Assembly (NCBI RefSeq): GCF_009914755.1
Contig: NC_060934.1
Strand: one strand, 5' to 3'
Origin: the human T2T-CHM13v2.0 reference genome, Homo sapiens
Length of the DNA stretch: 64,000 nt
Positions 42,210-55,414 of this stretch are shown piece after piece (position 1 is the first letter of the stretch; every line of letters starts with the position of its first letter). Below the pieces are notes generated by a model. It did no database searches, was not told where the DNA came from, and saw only the letters and a program-made list of their open reading frames with translations. The position numbers and the translations under genes are program-made.

Positions 42210-42879
42210 AATAAGGCAAGAGTTCAGTGTATTCTTGCCTTATTTTTTAAAAATCAGCTGCAAGTTTAATTTCAAGTTATGATTTGTGTTTGATTGGGGT
42301 TGTCAATCGTGCAACCATTGGCAAAGTGCCAACAGGTTCTACCAAAATTGGTCTTTTCCCATGTGGTTTTAGTCTGGTTTGACTCAAGCCTGCTGCCACT
42401 GTCTGCAGCCCTGCTCCAGAAACTTCTGCATGGCATTGGGTTTTATTTTACATTAAAATAAATCAGCATTGCATTGGAAGATTGATCATTTCTATCAATC
42501 CTCTTGAGATATTGGAGGTATAACTTCCATTCCTGGCTTCTTCCCTTGCTTGGCCCCAGTCAAACATCACGAGTCACTCTTTTTAGCATCTTTTCTGGTT
42601 CATTTTGGGGAGTGGAAAGGATGGACTCTTGTAATAAGTTATTCCTACAAAAAAGCAGTTCCCCTATCTGCAGTGATCCTCAAGTAATCATTTCTTGCCC
42701 AAAAACCAATGCCCTCTCAGTCCCCTGCCATCATGCTCTATGTAATACTGGGTTCCACTGCACCCTGGAAACCCTCTGTGCTTTAATATGTTACTCAACA
42801 GATTTTCCCCGGTTGTTTTATATAGCTGCCCCAGTAGGTGCTTTGGCATTATATAGACTATCTTTTAAATTTTATTTAT

Positions 42880-43240
42880 AATTGTTGTTTCCATATACAA
42901 ATCCTTTTTTTTTTTTTTGTATTAGTAACTTTATACCTTGTGACCTTAACTCATATATTGCCTCTAGTGGCTATTTTTGAATCCTTTGGGATTTTCTACA
43001 TAGACTATTATGTCATTTGAGAATAAAGTTTTATTTTTTTCTTTTCAATGCTTATGTCTTTTAATTCTTTTTCCTAACTTATTGCATTGGCTATGATTTC
43101 CAGGATAATGTTAAATAGGAGTGGGACAAATCCTTGCTTTGTTCCCAGTGCTGGGGAGAGGTATTAAGTCTTTCACCATTAAGAATAATTTGAGCTGTAG
43201 ATTTGCCCAAATAGACTTAAAATTCCTTAGTTACCAGAAG
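42880..43240 (-). mobile_element. L1M fragment
   Basis: TTATTGCATTGGCTATGATTTCCAG...TCTTTCACCATTAAG antisense ORF2-like. Confidence 0.7.
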
Positions 43241-43609
43241 TATTTTTTCTGCTTCTTGGGCTTCAAACACACCTCATGGGTCAGCTTTTAAATGTATAAC
43301 AATATACATTTAAACAATTTTTTAAAAATATAACAATTTATAACAACTTTTAATTGTGTGCTGTAGAGTCTTTATTTGATATGATTTAAAATATCTAGTT
43401 TTGTCAGGACTAAGATAGCAAGTAGTCTATTTTAGTGGAAAACATCATGTACTGCATTCACTATTTAAAAATAGTAACAATCAAAACATGCTTCCACCCT
43501 TCACCAGTGCAGACGTGCAGTGACGACTGAGCAAGGTCTCATTCACAGGTAGATAGCAGCCTAATCAATAATCCCAGTGTGAGGCTGCCATGCTGACCAC
43601 TCAGAACAA

Positions 43610-44070
43610 AACAAGCGAGCTAAATTCATCCACTGAAGAATGGGTCAACAAAATGTGGTATATCCATGCAATGGAATATTATTCAGCCATTAAAAGGAAT
43701 GAAGTACTGGTACATGCTACAATAGGGATAAATCTCAAAAAATAATACTATTATAAGTGAAAGAACCCAGTCACAGAAGGCCACGTATAGTGTGAGTCCA
43801 TTTATATGAAATACTCAGAATAGGCCAATCCATAAAGACAGAAAGTAGATTGGTGTTGCCAGGGGCTGGGGACAGGATGGAGCTTGGGAGCTAGTGAGCT
43901 AATAGTGGGTGTGGGGTTTCTTTTTGAATGATGAAAATGTTCTAATATTAGATTACATTGATGGTTTCAAGCTGGGTGAATATACTAAAAACCATTGAAC
44001 TGCACACTTTAAACAAGTGAACTTTATCGTATGAAAATTATGTCTCAATAAAACTGTTTTTTTTTAAAAA
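43610..44070 (+). mobile_element. L1MB-type 3' end
   Basis: AAAATGTGGTATATCCATGCAATGGAATATTATTCAGCC...ACTAAAAACCATTGAACTGCACACTTTAAA...TCTCAATAAAAC. Confidence 0.85.
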
Positions 44071-44101
44071 ATAAAATAACATGAGAGCTAATTTAATGGG
44101 A

Positions 44102-44400
44102 GGCTGGGCATGGAGGCTCATGCCTGTAATCCCAGCACTTTGTGAGCCCGAGGCGAGCAGATCACTTGAGGCCAGGAGTTCGAGACTAGCCTGGCCAACA
44201 TGGTGAAACCCTGTCTCTACTAAAAATATAAAAATTAGCAGGGCGTGGTGGCACATACCTGTAGTCCTGGCTACTCAGGAGGCTGAGGCAGGAGAATCGC
44301 TTGAACTGGGAGGCGAAGTTTGCAGTGAGCTGAGATCACTCCATTGCACTCCAGCCTGGGCGACAGAGCAAGACTCACTCCGTCTCAAAAAAAAAAAAAA
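44102..44400 (+). mobile_element. AluS
   Basis: Full dimer with poly(A). Confidence 0.93.
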
Positions 44401-44839
44401 TTAATTAATTAATGGAATTGATCAGGCTAGATAAAGATTAAGCTAGAAAGCTGGAGAAAGTGAGCTGCCCCAGACCAGGTTGTAAAAGGCTCTTCTGGGG
44501 GGAGGATGGGCTAAAGGAACTACTTGAAGGGGAGGGAACCCTATAGGCCACAGCAGAGGCAGCTGACTGATGGAGCATCTTGGGGGCTAGGTCAGTGGCC
44601 ACACCCCACCATCAACTGATCATTAGAGGTTGTATTAAAGTGTGGGGTAGGACATGGTTAAAAGCTGATGATTGCAGCCAAAAGAAGTATCATCTAGATA
44701 AAGAGGTCTCCAGAAGACCCTGAACAATTAAGCAAAAATGGGATAGTCGACTAGTGCTGTACAGAAGGAAATGGCTAGAATTAGCAGCCAACTCCTGTTA
44801 ACCAGAAAACTGACTTTTTTTTTCTTCTTTCTTCTTCAG

Positions 44840-44862
44840 ACTATAGCCTTCACTTTCCCTCG
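44840..44862 (+). other. PTPRE: 23-nt micro-exon, probably a PTPRE 5'-UTR exon
   Basis: Branch point CTGAC (44810-44814), pure pyrimidine tract, CAG|ACTATAGCCTTCACTTTCCCTCG|GTGAGT. Gene identity rests on my recollection of the PTPRE mRNA (...CTTCACTTTCCCTCGGTCCACCATGGAGCCC...), not on a search. Confidence 0.75.
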
Positions 44863-45054
44863 GTGAGTACAAAACTTTTTAAAAATTATTTTTGATGTAC
44901 AGATAACTAGTTTAAAATAATATGTGGGATTTAATTATTAGAAGAGCATTGTTTTCTTGAGAAAGAAAGCCATATGGTCAGTGTGTTATATTTGAATTTT
45001 ATGCCTTACCTTGCTTGAGCAGGCTCATATCACACCTTTTTGTTACATCATTTG

Positions 45055-45056
<2 letters not shown>

Positions 45057-45096
<40 letters not shown>
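45057..45096. repeat. (TG)20 microsatellite
   Basis: Directly visible, about 195 bp downstream of the micro-exon. Confidence 0.95.
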
Positions 45097-45099
<3 letters not shown>

Positions 45100-45384
45100 T
45101 TTGGCTCAGCTGCTTGGTCTCCTGAAATGTATTGTTGAGGACACAATTTCTACATGCTTTCCTTTCACTGACGTGTCGTTGCTTTTAAAAGGGCCTAGCC
45201 TTATCTCAATGGCACACATCTGACCAGCGTTCAGGAGCGCAGGGGCACATAATTGCATTGATGGTAACTGCTTCTTAAATTGATCTGCTCTAGAGAAAAC
45301 TGCTGAAAAGGAGCTTCTCCGGATTGCATGCTCAGTAAAAGCAGTGTCAGTGGTGTCGCATAATTTTATGCCTTTTGGGTCCAG

Positions 45385-45543
45385 GCAATGGCAAAATTCC
45401 ATGACCTTGATGTCCTTAGAAAAAGAAAACTTTAAACAACAGAGCCCTTTTGCAGTCTACTTAATCAATTTAATGCTGTTAAATTTCCTAAACAAATCGA
45501 AGGAAGAAAATCTAAGAGCTTTCGCAGTGTCTGCAGCGTGCAG
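45385..45543 (+). other. Candidate 159-nt cassette exon
   Basis: TTTTGGGTCCAG| acceptor (moderate), consensus donor CAG|GTGAGT, stop-free. Confidence 0.35.
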
Positions 45544-46636
45544 GTGAGTGGCACGTGGACTTCTGGGTGTGCTTGCTTTTAGCGGGCACCATGATACCGG
45601 TCACCAGGAAGCTGTATTTCCTAAATGTATTGCCTTGTTTGAAAGGCACTGACTCCGTTCTGAAATCATTTTCAGGTCAATGGATCAATTATTGTTCCCT
45701 GGCTGGCCCTCTTTTTTAGGCAGGGTGCCCTTTGTGGCACTGTTCCATCTGGGCATAAATGCTTATGGTCGTTCTTGGTGTGATGAAATGCATTTTGACT
45801 GTGTGGATTGTTTCTTTCTTTCTTGATAAGGAATGTTAAATAAAAGTAATGATTGATTAAGCTAGAGAAGAGGGATGCCTTCGTTTGCCACCTACCAAGT
45901 TAATTTTGTTGTCTATGTTCTCCATTGCATCATTATAAGACGTTGTTGATTCTGAATGGGGAACTCTTCTTGGGTAAATGTCAGCGGTGGGATCAAAGAG
46001 AAGGATCGTTACTGGAATCATATTATGGGATGGAGGATTAACTATATGAAATCTACAATCCCTGATAGCCTCAGAATCCTATACAAGGGGTGTTGGCTGG
46101 TCGATACTGGTTTGAACGCTTATTAAATGTGGCTTTCTTCAAAAGCAATGCAGCTGCGTGCTTTATCGAATGCAAATGTGCCTACCGTGCTAGAATGAAA
46201 TATTTGAGTGTCAGATCCCACAGATATAGCTCCTTTTGAAATACAGGGCTCAGATTATGATTTGTTACAAGTGTGTGACCTTTGCACCCCTTGTCTCTCC
46301 ACTCAGTACTGGCCCCTCCGCACCCCATTTTGCCTTCTGCCGCTTCCAAAATTTCCTATTCCTCCCAGCAAGTTGACCTGCTCCCCATCAGTGAGTCAGC
46401 AGCTCCCGCAGCTGAGTGATCCTGTGACAGGTGCTTCCGGGGCTCCTCCACCTCCCGGCCTTGTCTCAAAACCGGCAAGAGATTCAGAAGTAGGTGCCCC
46501 ACCCGAAGGTCACTGAACGTGTGTGCAGGAGCTGACTTCCTGTCCTCCCTGCATCCACCACGGGTAGTTGGCGGCCAGAGCCGCTTCAGGGGGCACCTCC
46601 CTTTTCCTGGCCCCACCCTTCCTTTGCCTCCATTTC

Positions 46637-47001
<365 letters not shown>

Positions 47002-47128
47002 TAGATTAAGGGTACTTCTGATTCCAGAAATCTTTCTCTTGACACGAGGAAAGGGTATTTGAAGCCTGGGTCTCCTATCTGTGCTGCCTTGTCTGCTGCC
47101 TTTGTTTGGGACCTGCCCACTGGGCCAC

Positions 47129-47476
47129 TGATATGGTTTGGCTCTGTGTCCCCACCCAAATCTCATCTTGAATTGTACTCCCCTAATTCCCACGTGTTGT
47201 GGGAGATAATTGAATCATGGGGGCGGTTCCCCCATACTGTTCTCGTGGTAGTGAATAAGTCTCACGAGATCTGATGGTTTTTTAAGGGGTTTCCACTTAA
47301 CTTCTTCCTCATTCTCTTCTCTTGTCTGTGCCATGTGAGACGTGCCTTTCACCTTCAGCCATGATTGTGAGGCCTCCCCAGCCATGTGGAACTGTGAGTC
47401 CGATAGGCCTCTTTCTTTTGTAAATTGCCCAGTCTTGGGTATGTCTTTATCAGCATCATGAAAATGGACTATCACA
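47129..47476 (+). mobile_element. THE1A-like MaLR solo LTR
   Basis: TGATATGGTTTGGCTCTGTGTCCC...GGACTATCACA; flanks GCCAC/GCTGC (consistent with CpG-decayed GCCGC TSD). Confidence 0.93.
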
Positions 47477-47850
47477 GCTGCCAAGGTAGAATACCAGACT
47501 GATCTATTAGCCTGTTGCATTTTCACTGCTAAGCATTTGAGACGTGTACAGAGCTTCAGGATATCTATTAATGGAAGGGAACTTATTGCTCACTTGTGGG
47601 ATTCAGAGACGTGCTTTTGAGTCAGTTAGAACTAAAAAGATAGTCCACCTTGGGCAGGGCGGCTAAGCCCACTAAGGCTGGAGATGGTGCCACAGCCACC
47701 GCCCACACTGGGCAGCTGACTGCAGAGGAACCTAGTCACACGTGCTGGATGAACACATCAGCCTGTGCAAGCCTTCTTTTCTCTCATCTATCCATCACTT
47801 CCTAGGATGTGATGTGACATTTAAGTGAGATGGCCCAAAGTAAGCATTTA

Positions 47851-48260
<410 letters not shown>

Positions 48261-48355
48261 TTAAGTGGATTGTAACATATATGCTGGTACTATAGTGGGT
48301 ATCAAAAGGAGTTCCCTTTACTAGCAGTATTCCAATTTTTCACTTAAAAAAACTA

Positions 48356-48692
<337 letters not shown>

Positions 48693-49779
48693 TCAAGTCT
48701 TTTTTCCTGTTAAGCTGGATTAGGAAGGGTCTCTTGAGTGGAGTCACCCATTCCCATGTTTTCCTTTCCTTTTTGTTTGTCTTTAACAATAGATTTATGA
48801 AAATAACACTGTAGTTCGTATCAGTGATCCAATATGACCAAAGTTCCTTCAACTGGAGAAAGCTTGCAACTCTGTGGGTCTCTCGCATAGTATTTAATGC
48901 AATGGAATTTCAGAATTAAGAATTTATAAAAGACGTATCGTTAAGGTTTAAATATTTTCTCCAGACTCTTTGAGGTCTTATATTGTTATACCTAAGGGTA
49001 TCCACTAGTAAGTAAAATTAAATGATTCTGTAACTTGACTATTTCACTTTGGTTCATGGAAATACCCAAGGAATAAAAGAAAACAAAATTAACGTGTGAA
49101 TATTCAGCAACTGTGAGTTTCAATTTTAAAATGTACTTAGGCTTCCCTTCACTCGCTTGTTCTTCTTTAGTAATCTCTGTTTCCTCCTCTGTCACTTTTA
49201 AGAAGTGTGATTTTTTCTCTTCTGACTCATTTGTGTTTCTTGATGTTGATTTGAATGGCTACCATGACAGGAAAAAAAAATCTGTTCGTTTTAAAATAAA
49301 GCTCAGGGTTCTGACAGGCAGGGGGACCACCCCAAGCTGGTTTCTGGCTGCATCCGCTGGGGTGACGTTTCCAGCAGGGCAGGAGCTATATGCCCCGGGC
49401 CGGCCTTCAGAATCCCAGAAACAAGTGAGAAGCCTGGTGGGCAGAGCACATATAAAATTAAAACTTTCTAAGACATGTGATTCCTATTTCCCTTCTTCTT
49501 CTTATACTGGGGTTTTTTATGAGCACCAATGGATTCCACGGGTTTCTATCCAAGCCACAGCGACAAATTATTCTCCTGGTGACTGAATTAGAAGTTGACA
49601 GTAAGTTGGAAGAATGCCTTTGGATCTGACATGACAAACAGATTAATCCTTCATTTATTTCCATTTCCAGTCCTCCCTCCCCCCGGAAAGTTTCCACATT
49701 CTTTCAAGAAGTGCCTCCTAAAAGAGCCTAGTAGGTAATCCTTTGTCACAGAGCAAAGGCATGGGCGTTAATCAGTCAC

Positions 49780-49961
49780 AGTTTCCCCTAAGAGGAAATA
49801 GGAACACAGATTTCCTATATAAACTCATGTCTCGTCACCGTGTTCACAGCAGACCCAGTTCAAAGTTGGAATTCTTCTAGAAATCCTTTCTCAGCTGTCA
49901 GGGAAACATGGATTCTCCAAGGCCAGGATGGTTTCCCAGCGTCTTCCCAGGAAGACAAGAG
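49780..49961 (+). promoter_or_regulatory. Candidate TATA promoter plus short first exon
   Basis: AAGAGGAAAT (ETS/PU.1-like) at ~49790, TATATAAA at 49816-49823, AACATGG at 49905-49911, donor GAG|GTAACG at 49962. Confidence 0.45.
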
Positions 49962-50857
49962 GTAACGGGGAGCTCAGAGGGGTCTTTCTTGTCTCTTTGG
50001 TTTTGTGTCATGGTTGCTTCTAATATAATTTCTAAAGTACCTAAAAATCAGGCTAAAGAATATTACCAGGAAGGCGTCGTTAAATGAAAATTTGGCAAGC
50101 CTCTTAGTTACCTTTATCCAGCTCTGTGCAGGAAATCTGGGATCTATGCTTCAGGAAACCATTTCCAGTCCACCACGCCTCAGTCGATAGTGCACTGGGG
50201 ATGGCATGGAGGCATTGTCTGTTTGGGCCTGGTGGGTTGTCAGACAGCCAAGAATCCAAGGTGAGGTTCACCTTTTTAGAAAAACAGTCCCTAACAATTG
50301 CTGGGGACATAGGCCGGCTCGATGACATGGGAAAATCCCACCCATTGTAAATTAGACATTTTGTATCTTTGTAATCAAAACTGCCCTCTTCATTTTTCAT
50401 TTGAAGTGGCATTTTAATTAAGTGACACACAGAGCAAGTGTGAGGGACCTGGACTGCAGGCCAATGAGCAGGTCTTCAAGGAGCTTGTCTTCAGGCTCCT
50501 GAGGCCAGGGCCGGCACTCTGTGTGTAAGGGTTTCCTGCCTGTGCAGTTCATGTTGCGATATTGTCGGCTGCAGATGAGTGCCAACTGCCTAAGGGGTGG
50601 CATCATTCATATTGGGAGAAAGAAGACAAGAAATGTATAAATGCTTTTGGGTGTATGAGTTACAGAGAGATTTCTCAGACCCGGCGGTGCATCAGGATGA
50701 GGTCTCGTGCCAAATGCAAGGGCCGTGGGTGGACCAGTCCTACCTGATACAGGAACTCACCCTCAACTGCAGCACCATCCCCTGGGGGTGGCCCCCTGTG
50801 GATTGAGCAACAGGAAAGGAGATCACATTCTGCTCAAAAATGACCATTTGCAGTGAC

Positions 50858-51170
50858 TTTTTTTCTTTTCTTTTTTTTTTTTTTTTTTTGAGACTGAATC
50901 TTGCTCTATCACTCAGGCTGGAGTTCGTTGGCACAATCTGGGCTCTTCGCAAACTTTGCCTCCAGGGTTCAAGCGATTCTCCTGCCTCTACCTCCTGAGT
51001 AGCTGGGATTACAGGCACCTGTCACCATGCCCAGCTAATTTTTGTGTTTTTAGTAGAGATGGGTTTTGCCATATTGGCCAGGCTGGTCTCGAACTCCTGA
51101 CCTCAGGTGATCCGCCCACCTTGGTCTCCCAAAGTGCTGGGATTACAGGCATGAGCCACCCTACCTGGCC
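50858..51170 (-). mobile_element. AluSx-like
   Basis: TSD TGC(A/G)GTGACTTTT. Confidence 0.93.
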
Positions 51171-51192
51171 TGCGGTGACTTTTTAAAGCTGC

Positions 51193-51410
51193 TCATACAC
51201 ATGAACATAAAGATGGAAACAACAGATGCGGGGAACTCCAAAAGGGAAGAGGGAGGGAGGAGAGCAAGGGTTGAAAGACTCTCTATTGGGTACTATGTTC
51301 ACTATTGGGGTGATAGGTTCAATAGAAGCTCAAAGCCCAGCATTGTGCAATGTACCCATGTAAGAAACCTGCACACATACTCTCGAATCTACAATAACAT
51401 TTTTTAAAAC
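51193..51410 (+). mobile_element. L1PB/L1PA-old 3' end fragment
   Basis: ACATAAAGATGGAAACAACAGA...TATTGGGTACTATGTTCACTA...AAACCTGCACA. Confidence 0.8.
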
Positions 51411-52717
51411 TGCTTATTATGTTGCAGAGTTTGGTAAAAATTATTTAAAATGGTAAGAAAGGAAGGATCTCTGTGGAACTACTGAACAAAAACATGTCAT
51501 GTAATAGATTTTCTGGGTAGCTTTTCTCCTTGTTTTGAATAGAAATGAGCATAAGCAAAAAAACGAAAACTGGATTTGTGTTTATTTTATGATGAGGGCT
51601 GTTTCAGTTCTAACAACTTTTAAAAAATATGTTGATAGTATTTAACTGATTTCAAACAACTCTACCAAGATTCATCTGCTATCAGAAATGGTGCAGATTT
51701 CATGTTCAAGTGCTATAACATATACATATAGATAGCTTCTTAAAGCTATATATATTATATTTTACATATACATATTATATATTTAAAGCTATCATGTTAG
51801 CATGTTGCTGCTGAGAAATGAATTTTTTTAAATCTCATGTTTGTGAAATTATTATTTAGAAAAACAGGATTTGCTCTATTTCCTGTTTTTCCAGATAACT
51901 TACATGCCTTATGCTTAAACAAAAATTGCATTTCTGATAAGACACATACATATGGAGCACTTATTTACAAAGCATGCTCAAATTCATGATCTCAAGTGGG
52001 CCCCCTAAACATGCAGAGGCAGCAGTCCAGGCATGCCTTGTCACCTCTCCCTTAAAGAGGGGAAAACAGAGACCCAGGCAGGCTGGATAAGTGAGTTGTA
52101 GGACAGTGGAAAGGAAGTGCCAGTCCCCAGCGGTGCTCTCTCGGACTGAAACGCTGCTCCTCTCCAACTGAAAAAACAGTCGGCTCTCATTACCACCACC
52201 AAAGGTGAAGTTCAGACCTGCCAAAAGAAAAACTTTTCCGTTATGAAAAATATTATTTGACAGTTATGCAAGTGACAGAGAACATTAACAAATAAGAACA
52301 TATCCTGTGGATTCTGCAAACGGTTTGCTGGTTGATAATTATATTTTGGAACAGTTTTATGATCACTTGAGTTGATCTTGGCCAGAGTTCCCAATTATTT
52401 CTGCATGTTATCTGCTGACCAAATCCAGCTTTCTAATCTCTTTTCACACACTTGGCATGTTTCCTTCCAGCACAGCCAGTAATTTGTTCATTCGCTCACT
52501 GAGGGTTTATCGGGTTTATCAGGTATCTCTTGCAAGCTTATAATTGTGCAAGATATTGAAAAATGAAGTGGTTGATTCTAGTTCTAATTTCAGGAAATAT
52601 TGCTTAGAGAGCCAATGTTTGAGTCCTTTCTCTACTAAGTATAAATGTGTGTTTTGCCCAGGAGCCTAGAAAAATGATTGATTAGAAAGATTTTAGTTCT
52701 GGAAAGTTGAATGGCCT

Positions 52718-53027
<310 letters not shown>

Positions 53028-55235
53028 TTAGACTTGTCACTTCATCACTCTGAGTCACACCTTCTTGGTCTAAAACATAAAGGGCTGGGTGAGAATTGTT
53101 TAAAGACATCTTCAAGACCTAGAGTTCTATGCTCTAGGGTGGTGCTGGTCTGGATTTGGAGTTAGCAACAGAAATCCCCAGAAAGTAACTACTGCATGTG
53201 TCGGCCATGACGGGGACCAGCCGCACTCATCCCCTTGTCTTGCAGGATGTGTCTGCATGTTTTGGGGTGAATGTTTTGTCATCTTCCTATGAGAAAGCAG
53301 CACTGGCCTAGGGGCTTCCTCCTCCTGCCTCGCTCATTTGTTTTTGCTCTCTCACTGCTCTCCAAAAGAAGCAAGAACATTTTTTTAAAAAGCATTTTAT
53401 TAATGGAAAATTTTTATTTGAAATATGGTCATTTCCTTTTTATAATGTTGCTTCTATTCAGGAAGGAAAAGCTGAGAATCCGTGGGCTTTGATTTTAAAA
53501 CTCAAACAGAAATGTTAGTTAATAAAACAAAGGTATTTTTCCCACTGTTCTGAGGGCCATTCTGGCAAATGGTTCCGGGGGCCGCGTGATGGTTTATGTT
53601 GCTAGAAGAAGTGATTCACTGGGAAGGTGAACCACTTCATCTCGTCAGAAACCATGGAAACCCTCGATATCACTCTGTTCCCCTCTTAGGGGAGTTCTCA
53701 ACAGAAGACACACTGGAAAGTGGATGTCACCGGGATGAAGTTAGAAATCCCAAAAGTAGACTATTTGAGCAAGATCGAATTCAAAGGCATCACTATTTTC
53801 AAAACCTGTTTTTGGCTTCCTTCCAATCTGAAGCCAACACCGACATTCTGTTATGCTGTTTCCCGTTGTGGGCGGACTGACTTAATTTTTAATGAGTGAT
53901 TCACTACCCACGGCTGTATATTTTCCGCCTGCTGAGCTGAGAATTAAGTCATTTTCCTTTAAAAAATTCTTTCTGATACCAGCTGAGTAATGTGGTTCTC
54001 AGTGTTTGAGACAAGGAGGCATGTTAATATCACTTAAGAGAGGGTGTTTAACCTGACCTAGGCTCTTAAGACACGGCAAGCATGACGCCATCATGAATGG
54101 AATGCTCTCTAGAAAAGGAGCCTGTCTCATTCAGCTTTCAAAAACATTTCTTTCTATAAAAATATTTTCCAAAGTTGTGCAATTTTTTGAAACATTTTCT
54201 GGGGGTAATACAAATCCAATCCATTTGGGAAGTCGCGTGGGAGGTTTCCTAATGGGAAGCCTGGTAATATCAGGTGTTTCCCTACAGTGTTCGCAGGGTC
54301 TCACCCCTGTCCACTCTGATGACTCTGACTGGCCTCTGTCCGTCCAGCAGGGATCTGGCAATCCTTTCTGATCCATAATCTTTATTAGAATAGCACCGGA
54401 GGTACTTGTGGCCACCAGAGCTATGTAGCTCCTGTCTTGGGCCCCACCCCTTACCAAACTGTTCCCTCTCCTGGGCCCCTCAACACCACTCCTTCAGGAT
54501 GACTCTGAAGCACAGGCCGCCCTATCTTTACAGTGAGTCCCTCCTGCCTGTCCTGAGCACTGACCAGTGAGCCCACCGGGTGAGCAGCTGAAGCTCCTCC
54601 CTGTGCCCAGCACCTCGGGGCCCCCAGGATCAGATTTTACCCAGTAGAACCCAAGAACCTAGAGGATGGGAAACACAGCTAGCAAGGAGGTGGCAGGAGG
54701 GGTGCAGATCAGAGGGGTGAGAAAGGGAGGCTGGAGGGGCAGGTGGAGCACTCAGGAGTTAGTCATGGGGAAAACAACATGACCAGAAAAGGAGCAGAGG
54801 TGGGGCCTGTGAGGCTCAGGTACCGAATGTCTGTGCTAAGCAACCACGTGGGGGTCAGCAGGTCACCCCTCTTCTAAGGACATCCGTCTCCCTAGCTGCT
54901 CAGTGGAGTCACCTCTGCAAGGCTCTAGGGTTCTCGCCATCCAGGTTGGGCCCTCAGAAGAAACTGAAAAGTTCTCGCACGAAATTCATAGCACACTGAA
55001 AATACAAAGGGTGGCAGCTGGGGGTCTCTTTCTTTGGGAATGATTTGCTCTTAGCCCAGCATCTTGGGCCTCAGCTCGGGGCTTCCTGAAGCCGAGCTTC
55101 CCTGGTGAAGAGGCCCCCTATTCAGGGCAGCTGCTCACCAACGCTCCTGGGCCTCGGGGCACTCAGGAAACACCCGAGTTACCCTCAGGGCCAGACCGCA
55201 GGCCTGGAGCCTCTCCTTTTGCTGATGCACCTGCA

Positions 55236-55414
55236 TCAGAAAGCCAGACACCTGCTCTAGAAACCTAGGTACCAGGTCTAAAATCCAAATACAGCATCAG
55301 GAGCCCAAATACCTGGTTAGAATCCAAGTCCCCATTCAGAAAACTAAGTATCATGCAACAAATCCAAATACCTCTTCAGAAACTCAAATATGTGGTCAGA
55401 AAGCCAGGTGCGTG
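55236..55414. repeat. Decayed ~20-bp tandem array, about 9 copies
   Basis: Unit starts at 55236, 55256, 55277, 55297, 55317, 55336, 55356, 55376 and 55396; consensus approximately TCAGAAA(C/T)CCAAATACCTGG. Confidence 0.75.

Noticed and set aside
47373-47385. PRDM9 hotspot motif in THE1A
   Set aside because: It reads CCTCCCCAGCCAT, the ordinary THE1 version, not the hotspot-associated CCTCCCT form.
55236-55414. CRISPR-like array
   Set aside because: Units are contiguous and degenerate with no unique spacers.
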